Of a DNA stretch of 20,000 nt, positions 17,215 through 20,000 are shown one piece after another. Under the pieces are notes generated by a model. The model was given only the letters and a program-made list of their open reading frames with translations. It was not told where the DNA came from and made no database searches. This DNA is from an uncultured virus (IMG/VR IMGVR_UViG_3300013137_000014) (lineage: Duplodnaviria; Heunggongvirae; Uroviricota; Caudoviricetes): the IMG/VR virus record IMGVR_UViG_3300013137_000014. One strand, 5' to 3'. The position numbers were made by a program, and so were the translations under genes. Numbering within the stretch: position 1 is the stretch's first letter; the number at the start of each line of letters is the position of its first letter.

Positions 17215-17514
17215 CTAATGTTCTTTACTATTATCTGGTTTAGTATAAATTAAGCCAGATTGATTTGTTATAGTACCATTCAAAATACCTTTAATTCTAT
17301 CTGGAGTAAGTATATTATGACAATTTGCACATATCATGGGTCCTTGTAATGGACCAATATCTGGTATGCCTTTTTTAGATACTAATGCTGAAATTTTGGT
17401 TAAAATAATAGTGGGAATAAATACTTCTGAACCGCAATTACTGCAAGTAATTAGTTCAGGAATATTTTCTAAGTTATTTTCCGGATGATTAACTACGTGT
17501 AATTTATCGTTCAT
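17215..17514 (-). CDS. Zinc-ribbon protein (CxxC...CxxC)
   Basis: ITCSNCGSEVF...MICANCHNIL. ATG at 17514 follows GAAAGGA; the ORF track extends to 17571. Confidence 0.75.
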   Translation of the reverse strand: MNDKLHVVNHPENNLENIPELITCSNCGSEVFIPTIILTKISALVSKKGIPDIGPLQGPMICANCHNILTPDRIKGILNGTITNQSGLIYTKPDNSKEH

Positions 17515-17578
17515 TTTTTTCCTTTCTTGAACAACAACATAATTTATTATGGTCATTTTTGAAAAGTTCAATTATAGT

Positions 17579-17848
17579 TTATGCAGATCCTGGATTGGGA
17601 ATTATTTTTATAATTCGTTTAGTACTACTATTCTCAACTTCCGATATTATATATCTAATATTACGTAATTCTGGATATTTTAAAAAATATGCTTCTAATT
17701 TATTATATGTGACGTTGACTATAATTTCTCCTGTCGGAGTAATTATAGTTAATACTTTAAAAGTATTATCTATATTACATTTTATAATAGAAAATAAATT
17801 ATCTTGAATTGTAGAATTTGGTTCTATTTTAATTAATGTATTATTCAT
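17579..17848 (-). CDS. Small protein, candidate ubiquitin-like (beta-grasp) partner of the ThiF-like enzyme
   Basis: 89 aa with an ATGA overlap with the ThiF-like gene. The C-terminus RIIKIIPNPGSA resembles the MoaD/ThiS/Ubl terminal strand but lacks di-Gly. Gene solid, fold tentative. Confidence 0.45.
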   Translation of the reverse strand: MNNTLIKIEPNSTIQDNLFSIIKCNIDNTFKVLTIITPTGEIIVNVTYNKLEAYFLKYPELRNIRYIISEVENSSTKRIIKIIPNPGSA

Positions 17849-18411
17849 ATCATTATCCTAAATTCTTTTAAATCTAGAATAAATTCTGCTCGATCTTTAT
17901 AATTCAATAAATTTTTCCAACTATTTACAATTAATGTACAAAACAATTGGCTATAAAATCTATTCTTTCTTAACCTATATGGTTCTTTTTTATTAATATT
18001 ATTATCTTTAGGATTTACAACTATTTTTCCAAATGATCCATCTATACTCAATTTTAATTTAAAATTTGAGAATTCATTTAGATTATCTCTACAATCAATT
18101 AACATAGTATTATTATTGATAGATAAATCGGTATTGTCATAATATATGCCCAATGGCACTATATGAATATTATTATCAAATCTTATATAATGCTCTAATA
18201 TATCTTTTAAAGCATATACTTTTTTATTGGAGATATATTTTTTACCAATACGATTTCTTGAATTTATAAATAAATAAGGAAAATTTTTTGGTTCCAATAT
18301 ATCGTTATCTATTAAATAAATTGTATTTATTTTATTAGGTATTATATTTTGATAAAGAAAATAAGATAAATAACTTCCTATATTACCACATCCTACAATA
18401 CCAATATCCAT
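17845..18411 (-). CDS. ThiF/MoeB/E1-like adenylation-domain protein (short, no CxxC Zn motifs)
   Basis: IGIVGCGNIGS Rossmann motif, IYLIDNDILEPKNF (D.D...N), KKVYALK and LIDCRDN; AAGGAG RBS. Confidence 0.85.
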   Translation of the reverse strand: MDIGIVGCGNIGSYLSYFLYQNIIPNKINTIYLIDNDILEPKNFPYLFINSRNRIGKKYISNKKVYALKDILEHYIRFDNNIHIVPLGIYYDNTDLSINNNTMLIDCRDNLNEFSNFKLKLSIDGSFGKIVVNPKDNNINKKEPYRLRKNRFYSQLFCTLIVNSWKNLLNYKDRAEFILDLKEFRIMI

Positions 18412-18429
18412 ACATTTTTATCTCCTTTT

Positions 18430-18469
18430 TCAAAAATGGAGGAGTATAATGATGAATACTCCTCCATTT
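18430..18469 (-). terminator. Intrinsic terminator-like hairpin
   Basis: Perfect 14-bp inverted repeat aaatggaggagtat (18434-18447) / atactcctccattt (18456-18469), just downstream of the DUF932-like gene; the minus strand ends in CCATTTTT. Confidence 0.7.
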
Positions 18470-18483
18470 AATAAAGCAATTAA

Positions 18484-19635
18484 TCAGGATAGGCTCTTAA
18501 TAATAAGTGATCGAATCATAATAAATTCACTCAATTTATATTCTTCTCCTAAACTAAGAGAAAGAGCAATCAAAACATTATAGGCATTCTTCATATCACC
18601 TATTAAACCGGAAGTAATTCTTCCAAAAATCTCTTTAGAATCTTTAGATAGTTTAGTTGTAATATCTTCGATTAATTTTTCTATATTTTTAGTATTTGTT
18701 TTAAGATTATTGATATTCGTTTTTATTTCTTCATGAAAATCTTTCCTTAAAAGATTTTCATTATTAATTTTTCCTAAATGCTCAATTGAATCAGAATAGT
18801 TATAAAGTGTGAATAAATCATAAAACTTCTGAATTTTACCTTGAATATTTACACTAAATGAAAGAATTAAATCACGGAATAATGATCGAGTACCATTATA
18901 ACTATTAGTTATTTGTAAATGAATGTTGTTAGATACAAATTCTAATTCTTCTTTTGGAACTTGTGTGAATAATGAAAATACGGTTTTATCCGTATCATCT
19001 TGAAAAACATTAAATTCGTTAATATCAAGATCACTTCTTAGAGAAAGAATGAAAGGATCTTTCTTATAAATTTTAGGTTCCCCTTTTAAATTCATCTTGG
19101 TTTTTAAATCATCAAAATATTTTTCTAAATGAATATAAGCATAAGAATCTGAAAGTAATCCTGTATGTACAACTAACTTATCATCTTGTTTAACAGCACA
19201 TACAAATTTCTTGGTTTTTTCACCATCAATAACTATTTGTTTATAAATATATTCTCTTAATCCAAATTCTTTAAAACGAGTTTCATCTTCCACTAAAGCT
19301 AGATTTTTGGCATAAGGTAAATCTAAATCTTTTGTATTTTTGATATTATTTCTAGTAATAGTATTCTGTATACTATTTTTATTATGTTCCTCTACTTTAC
19401 TCTCTTCTCCACCGTTTGTAACTACTTGTACCTCTTTAATAGCCTCTGTCTTGTTGGTAGTTTTACTCACAGTATTAATCTCCTTTTCATTAGGTTGTTT
19501 TAATGCAATTATTACATCTTCATCCTTTTTAGATCCATCAAATTTAATATTTTGAAATATTTTATCTAAATCTAATTCTTCCATTGAAAAATCATTTTCT
19601 AAAGCGGCATCGATTTCTGTTACTATTTTATTCAT
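18484..19635 (-). CDS. DUF932-like domain protein with acidic/low-complexity N-terminus
   Basis: GLLSDSYAYI, LQITNSYNGTRSL and SIEHLGKI match the spacing of the DUF932 (S..Y / NShDG / H.G) motifs; GAAAGGA RBS. Confidence 0.55.
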   Translation of the reverse strand: MNKIVTEIDAALENDFSMEELDLDKIFQNIKFDGSKKDEDVIIALKQPNEKEINTVSKTTNKTEAIKEVQVVTNGGEESKVEEHNKNSIQNTITRNNIKNTKDLDLPYAKNLALVEDETRFKEFGLREYIYKQIVIDGEKTKKFVCAVKQDDKLVVHTGLLSDSYAYIHLEKYFDDLKTKMNLKGEPKIYKKDPFILSLRSDLDINEFNVFQDDTDKTVFSLFTQVPKEELEFVSNNIHLQITNSYNGTRSLFRDLILSFSVNIQGKIQKFYDLFTLYNYSDSIEHLGKINNENLLRKDFHEEIKTNINNLKTNTKNIEKLIEDITTKLSKDSKEIFGRITSGLIGDMKNAYNVLIALSLSLGEEYKLSEFIMIRSLIIKSLS

Positions 19636-19672
19636 GAAAATTCCTTTCTATATAAATTATTTCCAGGCCTAG

Positions 19673-20000
19673 CCAAGGAAAACCACTAACTTCAGTTAGT
19701 GGATGAATTTCTTTTGGACAAACTTTCAAATATATCCTTTTAATTTCAGGAGATTTACTTGTTAGTCAGAAAAACTTATTCGGGATTGATTGCTGGAAAT
19801 AAATCAAAAATCCTCCACTTGGAGAATCTTTTGAAATACTTACAGCAATCTTCTGAATATGTTTTCTCCAAAGGTAGCTCTTCTTGGACCTATAATGGGT
19901 TAAAACAGATTTATCACGAACTTCGAAAAATATTCCCTGAATTGAATTCCAAAGTTCTTCAGAATTTTCTTAAGAAGTATAAACTCATTAAAGGGAAAAA
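19673..20000 (+). mobile_element. Probable left end of an IS200/IS605-family (tnpB-carrying) element, truncated by the window edge
   Basis: Hairpin CCACTAAC-TTCA-GTTAGTGG (19683-19702) in the context AAAACC...GGATGAATT, resembling IS200/IS605 subterminal palindromes. It is followed by the only supported + strand ORF. Confidence 0.6.
19759..20000 (+). CDS. TnpB/Cas12f-like RNA-guided nuclease, N-terminal part (partial)
   Basis: Not in the ORF track. AGGAG RBS at 19748-19752, TTG start, open to the window end: MLVRKTYSGLIAGNKSKILHLENLLKYLQQSSEYVF...LKQIYHELRKIFPELNSKVLQNFLKKYK. The RKTY start and YxELRxxFPxLxSxxLQ helix resemble TnpB WED/REC regions. The RuvC domain is not visible. Confidence 0.55.
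   Translation, partial: MLVRKTYSGLIAGNKSKILHLENLLKYLQQSSEYVFSKGSSSWTYNGLKQIYHELRKIFPELNSKVLQNFLKKYKLIKGK

Noticed and set aside
2865..19555. Other short plus-strand ORFs antisense to long genes (e.g. 2865-3101, 3163-3426, 8527-8775, 13267-13479, 17559-17807, 19340-19555) and nested minus ORF 16108-16308
   Set aside because: They overlap better-supported minus-strand genes and lack recognisable motifs.
3496..19665. Shared AATTATATA/TATAAT-like promoter motif in intergenic regions
   Set aside because: Cannot be told apart from background in such AT-rich DNA without statistical motif analysis.

Overview
AT-rich, gene-dense window that looks like part of a jumbo-phage genome; every supported gene except the last is on the minus strand. 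Its core is a phage-encoded, bacterial-like multisubunit RNA polymerase: an intact beta subunit (9648-12722) and a beta' subunit encoded as two separate genes. The break falls immediately after the catalytic NADFDGD motif. The N-gene (14768-16378) ends in an N-intein that starts with Ser. The C-gene (12741-~14519) starts with a C-intein that ends in the atypical Phe-Asp, followed by Cys+1. An unrelated two-helix membrane gene lies between the halves. Protein trans-splicing would restore ...NADFDGD|CMAFYIPL..., a beta' of about 942 aa. Other contents: a ThiF/E1-like gene coupled to a candidate ubiquitin-like gene and a Zn-ribbon gene; folE; a small PolB-like palm protein; a MoxR AAA+/VWA-metallopeptidase pair; two paralogous pentapeptide-repeat genes, one with an internal nonsense codon; an ArfA-like small protein; DUF932-like and DGQH(R)/ParB-like proteins; and, at the right edge, a probable IS200/IS605-type left end with the start of a TnpB-like ORF on the + strand. 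All family calls come from motif recognition by eye, not from database searches.
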